Shown here one piece after another: positions 34,341 to 47,744 of a stretch of 64,000 nucleotides of DNA (position 1 is the stretch's first letter; the number at the start of each line of letters is the position of its first letter). The notes beneath the pieces are model-generated. The model saw only the letters and a program-made list of their open reading frames with translations. It did not search any database and had not been told where the DNA came from. Where the stretch lies: assembly GCF_963921235.1 (NCBI RefSeq), contig NC_086108.1:83144001-83208000 (forward strand), read 5' to 3'. The stretch is from Mobula hypostoma (taxonomy: Eukaryota). A program made the translations under genes and the position numbers.

Positions 34341-35418
34341 TCAAACAAGAGAAAATCTGCAGATGCTGGAAATCCAAGCAACACACACAAAATGCTGGAG
34401 GAACTCAGCAGGCCAGGCAGCATCTATAGGAAAAAGGTACAGTTGAAGTTTCAGGCCGAGACCATTTGGCAGGACTGGAAAAAAAATATGAGGAGTAGAT
34501 TTAAAAGGTGGGAGAGGAGAGAGAGAAACACAAGGTGATAGGTGAAACCTGGAGGGGGAGGGATGAAGTAAAGAGCTGGGAAGTTGATTGGGGAAAGGGA
34601 TACAGGGCTGGAGAAGGTGGAGTCCAATAGGGGAGAACAGAAGGCCATGAAGGAAAGAAAAGGGGTAGGAGCACCAGAGGGAGGCGATGGGTAAGCAAGG
34701 AGATAAGGTGAGAGAGGAAAAAGGGGATGGAGAATGGTGAGGTGGGGGTGGGGTAGCATTACCAGAAGTTTGAGAAATCAATGTTCATGCCATCAGGCTG
34801 GAGGCTACCCAAACAGAATATAAGGTTGTTGTATCTCCAGCCTGAGTGTGGCTACATCGGAACAGTAGAGGAGGCCGTTGATTGACATATCGGAATGGGA
34901 ATGGGAAGTGGAATTAAAGTGCGTGGCCACTGGGAGAGACCACTTCTTCTGGCGGACAGTGCTTAAGTGCTTGGCAAAATGATCTCCCAATCTACGTTGG
35001 GTCTCACCAATATATAGGAGGCCACACTGGGAGCACCAGGCACAGTATACGATCCCAACAGACTCACAGGAGAAGTGTTGCCACACCCGGAAGGACTGTT
35101 TGGGGCCCTGAATGGTAGTGAGGGAGGAGGTGTAGGGGCAGATGTAGCACTTGTTCCACTTGCAAGGTTAAGTGCCAGGAGGGAGATCAGTGGGGAGGGA
35201 CGAATGGGCAAAGGAGTTGCATAGGGAGCGATCTCTACAGTAGGCAGAAAATGGTGGTGAGGGGGGAGAAAGTTGTGCTCGGTGGTGGGATCCCATTGAA
35301 GATGGCAGAAATTCCGGAGAGTTATGTGCTGGTCATGGAGGCTGGTGGGATGGTAGGTGAGGATAAGAGCAATCCTACCCCTAGTAGGGTGGCGGGAGGA
35401 TAGGGTAAGAGCAGATGT
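34341..35418 (-). mobile_element. PLE 3' fragment: linker, GIY-YIG endonuclease, terminal repeat
   Basis: LILTYHP, GIVYCAWCSQCGLLYIGET; terminal repeat 34341-34760. Confidence 0.88.
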
Positions 35419-36177
35419 GATTAGATTTGTTGTTTTTGGTTCAATCATAGAATTTACAGCAAGTTTTCTGAAGATAAGAGATAGGAGAAGAATTAGGCCA
35501 TTCACTCCATCGAGCCATTCCATCATTTTCCCTCTCAACCCCATTTTCCTGCCCTTTCCCTGTAACGTTTCACATCCTGACTAATCAAGTGCTGGAGTAG
35601 ATAGCCTGACTTATTTCTAAACAATCTGAAACTGTGTCAACTTTTTACACAGACTGTGAGTTAATAACATTTGGTACGTCTACAGTTTATGGTATAGATA
35701 TCATGAACTTCATTACTTAAAAGAATTTCCAAACCATACACCCTTCTATCAGATGTTGCTTTGAATTTCCACTTTAGTTGTATTGTTTGTCTTTGCCTTG
35801 CATCTCAGGGTGTGGTAAAGTTCTTCTTTCAGCTGAAATAGTTGGCTCTTTTAAATTGACAATTATCTGGTAAATGAAGGCCATTGCAACAATATGGCTG
35901 ACTAAGCTCATCTTTCAGTTTGTTTCACACATATCCATAGCTTTGAACATTGTGCATATTCTATGAGCATGAACTGCAGATTTACCTTTCACTTTGTACA
36001 GAATGAAATACTCCAATATTCTTGAATTCCAGTTCCATCATCCCAGCAAGTTTAAGTGTCAGGTTTTGCATGCCCAATGTCTTTGACTCGATTTTATCAC
36101 CTACTAGTCCATACCAACCCACAATTCAAATATTACCAAATTGCTATATAAGGGTAATTTCTTGAAATAATTAATTA

Positions 36178-36978
36178 TAAGACCATAAAACCATAAGACA
36201 TAGGAGCAGAATTAGGCCATATGACCCATCGAGTCTGCTCCACCATTCAATCATGGCTGATCCTTTTTCTCTCCTCCCCAACCCCAGTTCCTGGCCTTCT
36301 CCCCGTAACCTTTGATGCTATGTCCAATCAAGAACCTGTCAATCTCTGCCTTAAATACACCCATCGACCTGGCCTCCACAGCTGCATGTGGCAACAAATT
36401 CCACAAATACACCACCCTCTGGCTAAAGAAATTTCTCCGCATGTCTGTTTTGAAAGGTAACGCCTCTATCCTGAGGCTGTGCCCTCTTGTCCTAGACTAT
36501 CCCACCATGGGAAACATCCTTTGCACATCTACTCTGTCTGGACCTTTGAACATTCGAAAGGTTTCAATGAGATTCGCCCCCCCCCCCCCCCGCCAGACCC
36601 AGAGCCACCAAATATTCCTCATATGATAACTCTTTCATTCCTGGAATCATCCTTGTGAACTCCTCTGGACCCTCTCCAATGCCAGCACATCTTTTCTAAG
36701 ATGAGGGGCCCAAAACAGTTCACAATACTCAAGGTGAGGCCTCACCAGTGCCTTATAAAGCCTCAGCATCACCTCCTTGCTCTTGTATTCTAGACCTCTT
36801 GAAATGAATGCTTGCATGGCATTTGCCTTCCTCACCACTAACTCAAACTGCAAGTTAACCTTCAGGGTGTTCTGCACAGGAACTCCCAAGTCCCTCTGCA
36901 TCTCAGATTCCTGGATTTTCTCCCCATTTAGAAAATAGTTGGCACATGTATTTCTACTACCAAAGTGCATGACCATTA
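36178..36978 (-). mobile_element. CR1 3' fragment
   Basis: LYKALVRPHLEYC, RNFFSQRVV; tail (cttatggt)-like. Confidence 0.88.
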
Positions 36979-37184
36979 CTCATTAATTCTTTCATACTTC
37001 TTCTGGTTCCTTGCCCCAAACTTGTGGTTTTCATAAGTTTCTGTATAATATCTTTATAAAAGGCATTTTACATTTGATCTTGCATCTCATAAGCTCTGAT
37101 GATATCTACCTTCTCTTGCAACTTCCAGGATTTTGTTCCCTTTAAAGAACATGTGCATTCATTTAACATATTGTAAAGATTTAA

Positions 37185-37500
37185 AGATGTTAAAGATTGA
37201 AAGATTAGCTTTATTTGTCATACGTACATCAAAAGATTGATGCATGCAATGAATATAAGTTGTTTGTGTCAACAGCTAACATTGACAGATGTGCTGGGGG
37301 CTGCCCACAAGGGTCACCATGCCATAGCATGCCCTAACCTACACGTCTTTGGAATGTGGGTAGAAGCCAGAGCACCTGGAGGAAACCCACGTGGTCACAG
37401 GGAGAACATAAAAAGTCATCGCAGAAAATGGCAAGAATTGAACCCAAACTTCTGATTGTTGATGCCATAAAGCTTTTTGCTAACCAGTACTCTACAGTGC
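37185..37500 (-). mobile_element. tRNA-derived V-domain-type SINE
   Basis: tctttggaatgtgggtagaagccagagcacctggaggaaacccacgtggtcacagggagaac. Confidence 0.7.
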
Positions 37501-37977
37501 ATCCCATACAGTCATAAACACCACGCTTCACAGTATAGTCAACAAAGCTTTGTTATGCCCTTCCCAGTTGACAATTACTCTTAGAACAGGCAACAGTCCA
37601 GTGATAAATCAACACTGCTGTCCATCGCTACTGTGTTTTCTCAACAGTTCACACAGAAACCTTACATAAACCTGAGATTCCATAAGAGTAGTTTCAGGAA
37701 AAGACAGAAAAAAATTGGTGCCAAAAAGCCATCCAAAATTTGCAAAGCCAAAATTTCAAACATTTTCAACTATACTGAAGAAAAATAAAATTCTTTTTGC
37801 CTAATTTGTAATGTCTTCATAAAGGCATTAAAGTACAAAAAATTATGCAGATGGTAGTTTCTTTGCAAGGCAGCTCACATAATTTATTTACATGTTAAGG
37901 CTTGAAGCTGGAAACTAAATGTCTACAACTGTGTTATATTGCTGCACATGAGCACACAAGGTGATTTTACTTTCTAC

Positions 37978-40900
37978 ATAGAATATAGAAACATAGAAAC
38001 ATAGAAAACCTACAGCACAATACGGGCCCTTCAGTCCACAATGCTGTGCCAAACACATACTTACTTTAGAGATTACCTAGGGTTACCCATAGCCCTCTAA
38101 TTTTCTAAGCTCCATGTACCTATCCAAAAGTCTCTTAAAAGACCCTATCGTATTTGCCTCCACCACTGTCCCTGGTAGCCCATTCCACACACACTAAACA
38201 CTCCGCGTAAAAAACTTTCCCCTCACATTTCCTCTGCACCTACTTCCAAGCACCTTAAAATTGTGCCCTCTCATGTTAGCCATTTCAGCCCTGGAAAAAA
38301 GCCTCTGACTAACCACATGATCAACGCCTCTCATCATCTTATACACCCTGATCAGGTCACCTCCCATCCTCAGTCACTCCAAGGAGAAAAGGCCGAGTTC
38401 ACTCAACCTATTCTCATAAGGCATGCTCCCCAATCCAGGCAATATCCTTGTAAATCTCTTCTGCAACTTTTCTATAGTTTCCACATCCTTCCTGTAGTGA
38501 GGCAACCAGAACTGAACACAGTACTCCAAGTGGGATCTGATCAGGGTCCTATATAGCTGTAATATTACCTCTCGGCTCTTGAACTCAGTCCCATGGTTGA
38601 TAAAGGCCAATACACCGTATGCCTTCTTAACCACACAGTCAATGTGTGCAGCAGCTTTGAGTGTCCTATGGGCTTGGACCCCCAAGATCCCTCTGATCCT
38701 CCATACTGCCAAGAGTCTTACAATCAATACTATATTCTGTCATCATATTTGACCTACCAAATGAACCACCTCACACTTAGCTGGGTTGAACTCCATCTGC
38801 CACTTCTCAGCCCAGTTTTGCATCCTATCGATATCCCGCTGTGACCTCTGACAGCCCTCCACACTATCCACAACACCCCCAACCTTTGTGTCATCAGCAA
38901 ATTTACTAACCTATCCCTCCACTTCCTCATTCAGATCATTTATAAACATTACAAAGAGAAGGGGTCCCAGAACACATCCCTGAGGCACACCACTGGTCAC
39001 CGATCTCCAAACGGAATATGACCCGTCTACAACCACTCTTTGCCTTCTGTGGGTAAGCCAATTCTGGATCCACAAAGCAAGGTCCCCTTGGATCCCATGC
39101 CTCCTTACTTTCTCAATAAGCCTCGCATGGGGTACCTTATCAAATGCCTTGTTGAAATCCATATACACTACATCTACTGCTCTACCTTCACAAATGTGTT
39201 TAGTCACATCCTCAAAAAATTCAATGAGGTTTGTAAGGCATGATTAGATTAGATTAGATTAGATTATAAGGACACGCAGTCCTCTTTTATTGTCATTTAG
39301 TAATGCATGCCTTAAGAAGTGATACAATGTTTCTCCAGAATGCTATCACAGAAACAAGACAAACCGACTGAAAAACTAACAAAAACCACCTAATTATAAC
39401 ATATAGTTTCAACAGTGCAAAACAATACCGTAGTTTGATAAGAACAGACCATGGGCATGGTAAAAGCCTCAAAGTCTCTCGAAAGTCCCATCATCTCACG
39501 CAGACGGTGAACCTCCAGCACCGCAAACTTGCCGATGCAACATCCTGGAAGCACCCAACCACAGTCCGACTCCGAGTCCATCCGAAAACTCCCAGCCTCC
39601 GACCAGCTCTCTGACACCGAGCATCGAGCACCATCTCTGCCGAGCGCTTCGACCCCGGCCCCGGCAATAGGCAAAGCCGAGGATTTGGGCCCTTCCCCTC
39701 CAGAGGTTCTTGATGGCACAGTAGCAGAGGCAGCGAAGCAGGCATGTCCCTGGTTAACACATACGATATCATTTGGAACGGCTGCGCACGCTGCGTCGCG
39801 CCACCATCTTCTCCTCCCTCCTCTGGCCTTTGACAAAGCCATGCTGACTATTTGTAATTATATTATGCCTCTCCAAATATTCATAAATCCTGCATCTCAA
39901 GATTTTCTCCATCAACTTACCAACCACTGAAGGAAGACTCACTGGTCTATAATTTCTTGGGCTATCTCTACTCCCTTTCTTGAATAAGGGAAGAACATTC
40001 ACAACCCTCCAATCCTCCAGAACCTCTCCCGTCCCCATTGATGATGCAAAGATCATTGCCAGAGGCACAGCAATCTCCTCCCTTGCCTTCCACAGTAGTC
40101 TGAGGTTTATCTCGTTCAGTTCTGGTGACTTATCCAACTTGATGCTTTCCAAAAGCTCCAGCACATCCTCTTTCTTAATTTGTATGTGCTCAAGCTTTTC
40201 AGTCCGCTGTAAGTCATCCCTACAATTACCAAAGTCCTGTTCCATAGTGAGTACTAAAGCCAAGTATTCACTAAGTAACCCTGCTACCTCCTCCGGTTCC
40301 ATACACACTTTTCCACTGTCACATTTGACTGGTCCTACTCTCTCACATCTTATCCTCTAACTCTACACATACTTGTAGAATGCCTTGGGGTTTTCCTTAA
40401 CCCTGCTCATAGCCGCTTCTGGCTCTCCTAATTTCATTCTTAAGCTCCTTCCTGCTAGCCTTATAATTTTCTAGATCTCTATCATTACCTAGTTTTTTGA
40501 ACCTTTTGTAAGCTCTTCTTTTCTTCTTGACTAGATTTTCTATAGCCTTTGTACACCATGGTTCTTGTACCCTACCATCCTTTCCTGGTCTCATTGGAAC
40601 ATACCTATGCAGAACATCACATAAATATCCCCTGAACATTTGCCACATTTCTGCTGTACACTTCCCTGAGAACATCAGCTTCCAATTAATTCTTCCAAGT
40701 TCCTGCCTGATAGCTTCATATTTTCCCTTACTCCAATTAAACATTTTCCTGACTTGTCTGCTCCTATCCATCTCCAATGCTATGGTAAAGGAGAAGAATT
40801 GTGATCACTATCTCCAAAATGCTCTTCCACTGAGAGACCTGACACCTGACCAGGTTCATTTCCCAATACCAGATCAAGGACAGCCTTTCATCTTGTAGGC

Positions 40901-41670
40901 TTATTTACATATTGTGTCAGAAAACCTTGCTGAACACACCTCACAAACTCCTCCCCATCTAAATCCATTGCTCAAGGGAGATGCCAATCAAAATCGGAGA
41001 AATTAAAATCTCCCATCACGACAACCCTGTTATTATTGCACCATTCCAGAACCTGTCTCCATATTTGTTCCTCAATATCCCTGTTACTATTGGGTGGTCT
41101 ATAAAAAACACCCAGTAGAGTTATTGACCCCTTCCTGTTTCTAACTTCCACCCACAGAAACTCAGTAGACAATCCCTCCATGACTTCCTCCTTTTCTGCA
41201 GCCATGACACTATCTCTGATCAGCAGTGCCACACCCCCACCTCTTTTGCCTCCTTCCCTGTCCTTTCTGAAACATCTAAAGCCTTGCTCTCTAAGTAGCC
41301 ATTCCTGCCCCTGAGCTGTCCAAGTCTCTGTAATGGCCACAACATCATAGCTCCAAGTACTGATTCATGCTCTAAACTCATCTGCTTTGTTCATGATGCT
41401 TCCTGTATTAAAATAGACACATCTCAAACCATCTGTCTGAGCGCATCCCTTCTCGATCTCCTGCCTATTCTCCTCCTCACACTGCCTACAAGCTTCCTCT
41501 ATTTGTGAGCCAACCGCCCCTTCCTCCGTCTCTTCAGTTTGGTTCCCATCCCCCAGCAATTCTAGTTTAAACTCTCCTCAACAGCCTTAGCAAACCTCCC
41601 TGCCAGGATAATGGTCCCCCTTGGATTCAAGTGCAACCCATCCTTATTGTGCAGGTCACGCCTGCTCTAA
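37978..41670 (-). mobile_element. Long degenerate CR1 LINE (end of ORF1, endonuclease, RT, 3' UTR), interrupted at 39243-39822
   Basis: [47 protein letters not shown]; tail (ctatgttt)n. Confidence 0.92.
39243..39822 (-). mobile_element. Non-autonomous retroposon, copy 2 (variant), (AATCT)n tail
   Basis: Shares both ends with 19324-19926; sits inside the CR1 RT just after the SQHGFVKG motif. Confidence 0.8.
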
Positions 41671-42962
41671 TCAAGATTCTGGCATAAAATACACATGGAT
41701 ACAGTCAACAAGATGCTCATGCTTATGAATACACTATAAAATGCAATGAACTGTAAAAAGCATTTATGCCTAAACTTCTGCATCTATGTATTCCATTATG
41801 TTTCTGAAACTACACAGACTGGCAATGAGCATATATTGCATTTGGGTTGCTTAAAATAAAACTTCCCCTGAATCAGTTCAGTAACATAACAAACAGAATA
41901 TTTGTTGGCCATTGAATCACAGGGTTCTTTAAAATGATGCTTTCCCCTCAAAAGTAGATTAAGCTGGAGGCCTTTCAGATGAAAAGTCTTTTTCAGGCAG
42001 AAAGTGAATGGTGGAGTCAAGGGAAAGGGAAGGTTCAGAACACAAGGACTCTCAGAGGTGACTGGAGAACAAGGGGATTAGCTGAAGCCCAGATTGTGGG
42101 TGATGGTATTCAGGACAGGGATTTTTGAGCAGGATAGGAAGCTGAGCCAGTAAAGAGAAGGGGTCTCTAATTCCTGGGATTTGGTTTGATAGAATCAGAG
42201 AAGAGGTTAGCGGATGCCGATTGGCTGTTAGCAGATGGTGGTCAGTAGGATTGTAAATGATGGTAGGAAGATCTGGTGGTCAGGAAAGAAAGCAAAGAGA
42301 TTAGAGGACACTGTTTTCCAATAAGTTTGTTGTTCCTTATGGATGACAGGTTCTTATCTCTTGGGCTGAAATCTTGCTAATTTCAAAGGACTGGCAAAAT
42401 CTGTTGGATTTTGGTAAAAACAGACTCATCCTTAAGAGAAGGCGTGCACCATAATTTAAATATTAAGAAATAAGAGAAAATACCAGAAATAATCAACATG
42501 TGAAGCAGTATCTATGGAGAGGGAAAGAGAGTTAATGTTATATTTCAATGACTGATTCTGATAAGAGGCCATTTGTGCAAAAATAATAATTTGGTTGCTC
42601 TGTTCAATACTTCCTGTATTTTTTAATTTTTTAAGTTGGATTCCAGCACCTGTAGTATTTTGCTTATGAAGCCTTAAATTAATCATTTAAATAACAAGCT
42701 CAATTCCTATGAGTGGATTGGATGCCTATCCATCATTCCATTTCCCTTAGAAGCAGAAGTTTTACAAACATTTTGCAGTTTTCTTCGTAACCCAGTGTAT
42801 CCATCTTTAGACATTAATTCTCTCTGGTAAAATGTTCCTTTGTTTAAAAATTACCACTCTCATTCTCTCAAGCACAATCTGTCTATAAAATATTAAAGAG
42901 AAACTTCTATGTTTCACCAGCTGACATTCTATACCAGGAAATGGATGTATGTGTGAGATATA

Positions 42963-43553
42963 CATTCAGTGGCCACTTTATTAGATACACATGTACACCT
43001 GCTCATTAATGCAAATATCTAATCAGCCAATCATGTAGCAGCAACTCAATACACAAAATCATGCAGACATGGTCAAGAGGTTCAGTTGTTGCTCAGACCA
43101 ATCATCAGATTGGGGAAGAAATGTAATCTACAGTAAGTGACTTTGATCATGGAATTATTGGGTGGTTTGAGTATCTGCTGATTTCCTGGGATTTTCATGC
43201 ACAACCGTCTCCAGAGCAGAGTCCCAAACTTTTTTTATGCCATGGACCAAAACCATTAGACAAATGGTTCATGGACCCCAGGTTAGGAACCACTGCTCTA
43301 GAGTTTAGAGAGAAAAACAAAGGAATATCCAGTGAGCAGCAAATCTGCGGGCAAAAACACTTTGTTAATGAAAGAAGTCAGAGGAGAATAGCCAGATTGT
43401 TTCAAGCTGACATGAAGGTGGCAGAAACTCAAATAGTAACACCACTCATTACAACAGTAGTGTACAGAAGAACATCTCTGAATGGACAACACATTGAACC
43501 TTGAAGTGGATGGGCTACAGCAGCAGAAGACCTAATAAACTGGCCAGTGAGTG
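42963..43553 (+). mobile_element. Non-autonomous Tc1/mariner-type DNA transposon
   Basis: TIRs cattcagtggccactttattag / ctaataaactggccagtgagtg, TA at the left end, transposase-like remnant KHFVNERSQRRIARLFQAD. Confidence 0.8.
43217..43295. mobile_element. 79-bp hAT-type MITE
   Basis: CAG...CTG ends and 8-bp TSD ctccagag / ctctagag; second copy at 53464-53543. Confidence 0.7.
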
Positions 43554-44829
43554 AAAGTCAATGGAATAAAACCATTAATATTGTATTGATCCTGCTAATT
43601 CTAAGTTTCACAGGAACAGCTTCCACGGAAACACATTTTCAAAGGATAAAGTTGGCAGTGCACCCTGCAAGTAATGAAATTCAGGGTCAGAAATTCACTA
43701 CGGGTCTACGAAATGCAAGAACAAATTTTCATCTTGAAAGCAATGCTACTTATACAACATGAATGAACTGCAATGTTCTCGCATAATTGTTCAGGACTTG
43801 TTGTTCAGCCATATGTCTTATGGCTTTTTACGACTATTCCATAAGTTAAATTGAAACAGCAGCATTAAAGTTCAGTATTAATACAGGCTCCTGAGCTCAT
43901 GAATTAAAAGTAGATGATTATATTCAGGTACGTGGATTGTAACCAATTAAATATTTATTGATTGTCTGAAGAAACCACAAGGAGATGAAAAGATCATGGT
44001 TAAGCTCACTGATTAGTAAAATTAGGCCGTTGCCTAGTTCAATTAAATCATTATAATTTTTATTAATAATTATAATTACCTTCCTGATTAGAAATACTTC
44101 TTTATTTGCTGTTGTTTCTCTTTGACCTTCAGTTTTTCTATTTTATTGCCAAAGTTTGCAGAAATCTTGGCGGCAGACAATTTGTACTAGGTCAATATTT
44201 TTTTGGTCTTAGGTTTTTTCCAGTATTTTTTGTATCAGTGTATTTTGCCAAAATTCAAGTGAGCACAGATTTTTAGGTATATGCATAACTGCTAAGAGGA
44301 GATTGAATTGAGGTACTTAGTAGATAAAGGGGTTTAATGAGGAAATGGAAGAGATGATGTCGCCAATTATGAAGAATTAAACAAAGTGGAGGGTCAGAGA
44401 GGATGACAAAGGATGAGAATGAAATGAGAGATGGGGTCAGAGAAAAGTATATTTAAGAAGCATCTGCATGCGAGGAGTGTGGTGATGGGTGGTAAACATA
44501 TACATATATACCCTCAACAGTAGGATATCATCTTTGTACAATTGCAAGTTTGCACCTGAAAATAAATGTTATTGGAGTGACTGGTGATGATATGGTATAT
44601 CAGAGACAAAGCTTGTTTTAAGACCATATCCTATAAATCAACTTGGCAAGCACATTAATTGCTACATGCTATGGTATGGAAGAGTGAATAAAGGCAATGA
44701 GTCACGCTATTGTGTTCTAACAAGGAAAGTCATGTCAGGTAATCAGTCACAGTGCTTTAACTGCACTCTTGCCATATTTGCATGCACTTGTGCTGAGCTT
44801 TTCTAAGGTAAATCTTAATGAGTAGATGG

Positions 44830-45085
44830 AACAAGTGTTTAAGGGGAACATGAGGGGGAATTTCTTTACGCAGAGGGTGATGGGTGTGTGAAACGTGCTG
44901 CCAGCACAAGTGGTGGATGCGGGTTCAATTTCAATATTTAGGAGAAGTTTGGATAGGTCCATGGATGGGAGGAGTATGAAGGGCTATGGTCCGAGTACTG
45001 ATCAATGGGACCTGGCAGATCAATAGTACAGCACAGACTAGATGGGCTGAAGGGCCTCTTTCTGTGCTGTTGTGCTCTATGAATG
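44830..45085 (+). mobile_element. CR1 3' end
   Basis: MRGNFFTQRV motif and gatgggctgaagggcct...ctgtgctgt tail. Confidence 0.75.
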
Positions 45086-47029
45086 GACTATGTTGATGTA
45101 CATGCCAGATACAGCCTTCCTGCACAAACAAACATAGGAACACTTGAACCTGAATGTGGTGAAAAGTGAGATTTGTGATTCAAAGCTCTTAGCTACTTCC
45201 ACAAAATAAGAAAGAAATTTTCTTGGTTATGGGGAAAGTTCAGTGAGCTGGGGATTTATCTACATTGCCTGTCAAGTCTAATCCAAACTCTGATGATGGT
45301 TACCTAATCACACAGTTCATGTAGATTTCCAGACTGGTTCTGCATTCTTTATTCCTTTAACTAAATTACTGAACCATAACGTTCAGCACAAATGTAATCA
45401 GTACACAATCCAACAAATACAAATGAATAACTCCTAATTCCAGTCTCAAATCATAACTTTTAATCATCAGCAATGAGATGGAAGATGTCCCCACTTATTC
45501 ACCAATAACTTTGACTTCATCACAGCCTTGGAAAAAAAAGAACTATATTCCAGGCGTGACAAGTGACTGTCCTTGAGATGAAAACAACATTTGCTAAGAG
45601 TGCAGCATCATGGAGTTGTTGTAAAAGTAAAGTCTATAGACATCAAAAAGAAAATATTCCAGAGGCTGGAGTCCTACCTCATAGAAAGAAAGACTTATGG
45701 TTGTTGGAGATTATTTATCATAGCCTCAAGATATCACTACAGAACCAGGAGAACAGTTTCCTCAGTGCAGTCTTCCTAAACTATTTCATCAGACCTTATT
45801 TCCATCTTGACGACACAAGAGGGGATGTTCACTGTTGATTGGACAATGTTGTATTCACAATTTCTCTGCAAATGAAGGGGTCAGTGGGTGAACACAAGAC
45901 CAAAACAACACCCAACATGGGCTGATGTGTAATGTCTGTATCAAAAGCTTGCCAGGCAATGGCCATCTCCAACTAGAAAGCACCAATTCCTGATATTCAA
46001 TGGTACTAACAGTGCTGAGTCTTACACCATCAACGTCCTAGGTGAGAGTATTGATCGGAAGCCTAACTGGGCCAGTGGAGTTTAGATAAGTTATTTCTCC
46101 TGAATATTTGCACATGCCGAAGAAAGACCTTTAACTTCTATGGTTCCAATCTCCACATGGCTTATTCAAAGCCATAGCAGATGCATTTATAATTAAGCTA
46201 TTTTATGAATAATACCACTTAACTCAAATTATTTAATTAATAATTGGCCCTACTCCAGGCTGCTCTGGGGTTTGGATCTGAGGACTCAATTTGGTTCGGA
46301 ATGTTGTTGTTCACTTCAATTGTTTGCCTGATTTGTGTTTTTTTTCTTTGTCTTGCACATCAGGTGTTGTTCTTTTAGTTTTATTCTTTAATTGGGTTCT
46401 TTCAGGTTTCTTGCTCTGTGGCAACCTGGCAACCTGATCAATGGGACCAGGCGGATTAACAGTTCAGCACAGACTGGATTGGCTGAAGTGCCTATTCTTT
46501 GGGTTATATTCTTTGATAATAAATGTACTTTGAATCTTTGAATCTTGGATTTAAATTTTCCAACTATGGGATTTGGCGATTTCTTTATATTATTAGTCCA
46601 TGTCATGAGATTAATAGTCAAGTAACATAACTACATAATACCCGTAGGCCCTATTGTTGAACAGAAATTCTAATTGCTCAGGACTTGAAACTGGCTTAAT
46701 TATGTGAATTGGTCACAATTGACTGGAAACATGACTGAAAAAGCCATATAACACCATGTCTAATCGACTACAGAGATATTCGGCATTTGTAATGAGTGCC
46801 TCCTAAAGACTCTCCACCAGCTACAAGGTAACAATCTGGGAGTGTAATGTAATTATCTTCACTTGTTTGGATCAGTGAGGTAATAAGATATTCAACAAGT
46901 TTGTCATCACTCAGGACAAAACAACATTCTTAGTTAGTATTTGCTGAGTTGCATAAACAAGGAATGTTTTCAGCTCAGCCATTGGCACCCTTGCTGCTGT
47001 GTGAACTAATACTGTCCAGGGTAATTAAG

Positions 47030-47470
47030 GCAGCATCTATGAAAAGGAAGAAAGAATCAACATTTCAGACTGAGACCTTTTATCAGGCCTGGAAAGGAAG
47101 GGGGAAGAAGTCAGAATAAGGTGAGGGTTGAGGAGGAAGGAGAAGGAATACAAACTAGGAGGTGATAGGTGAAAGAACCCAGGTGAAGAGGAAGGTGGGT
47201 GGATGGAGGAGAGTGGGGATGAAGTGAGAAGCTGGGGGGTGATAGGTGAAAAAGGTAGAGGTTTGAAGAAGGTATCTAATAGGAGAAGAGAGTGGACCAT
47301 GGGAGAGAGAGGAGGAGGAGAGGAGAAGAGAAAATGTAAGAGGGGAGCCATATGGGAGAATGGAAAAAGAGTGAAGGGGGGAGGGGAAGAAATTACCAGA
47401 AATAGGAGAAATGGATGTTCATGCAGTGTGTGTTACTCTGGATTCCCAGCATCTGCAGAGTGTTTATGTT
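47030..47470 (-). mobile_element. PLE terminal repeat with short inverted tail
   Basis: Similar to 34341-34790; an inverted ctggattcccagcatctgcagag segment sits at ~47440. Confidence 0.7.
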
Positions 47471-47744
47471 TACTATTAACACCATGTTGTTTTCCCAATC
47501 ACACACCATTTTAATCTCGACTTGCAGCACCATCATCACGTATTGGGAGTGTTTTCATTACCTAGGTGGCGGCCGTCCAAGCAGAGACCTCACCACCTAC
47601 GACTGAAGGGCAGCAAGAGTAGGAAATAAAAGTTTGTGTTTTGGGTAATGCCCACATTCCAAAGAGCAATAAAATAAAAACACTCTTGATTGAGCTAACA
47701 ACGCTCCAGTTGTAAAGTTCTGAACAATCCCATTCATGATTGGT

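Noticed and set aside
36577..36592. Poly-C tract
   Set aside because: Homopolymer expansion inside a decayed CR1; no further structure.
39390..39930. GC-rich ORFs of 133-150 aa
   Set aside because: They lie within the non-autonomous retroposon, and the frames are not conserved among its copies.
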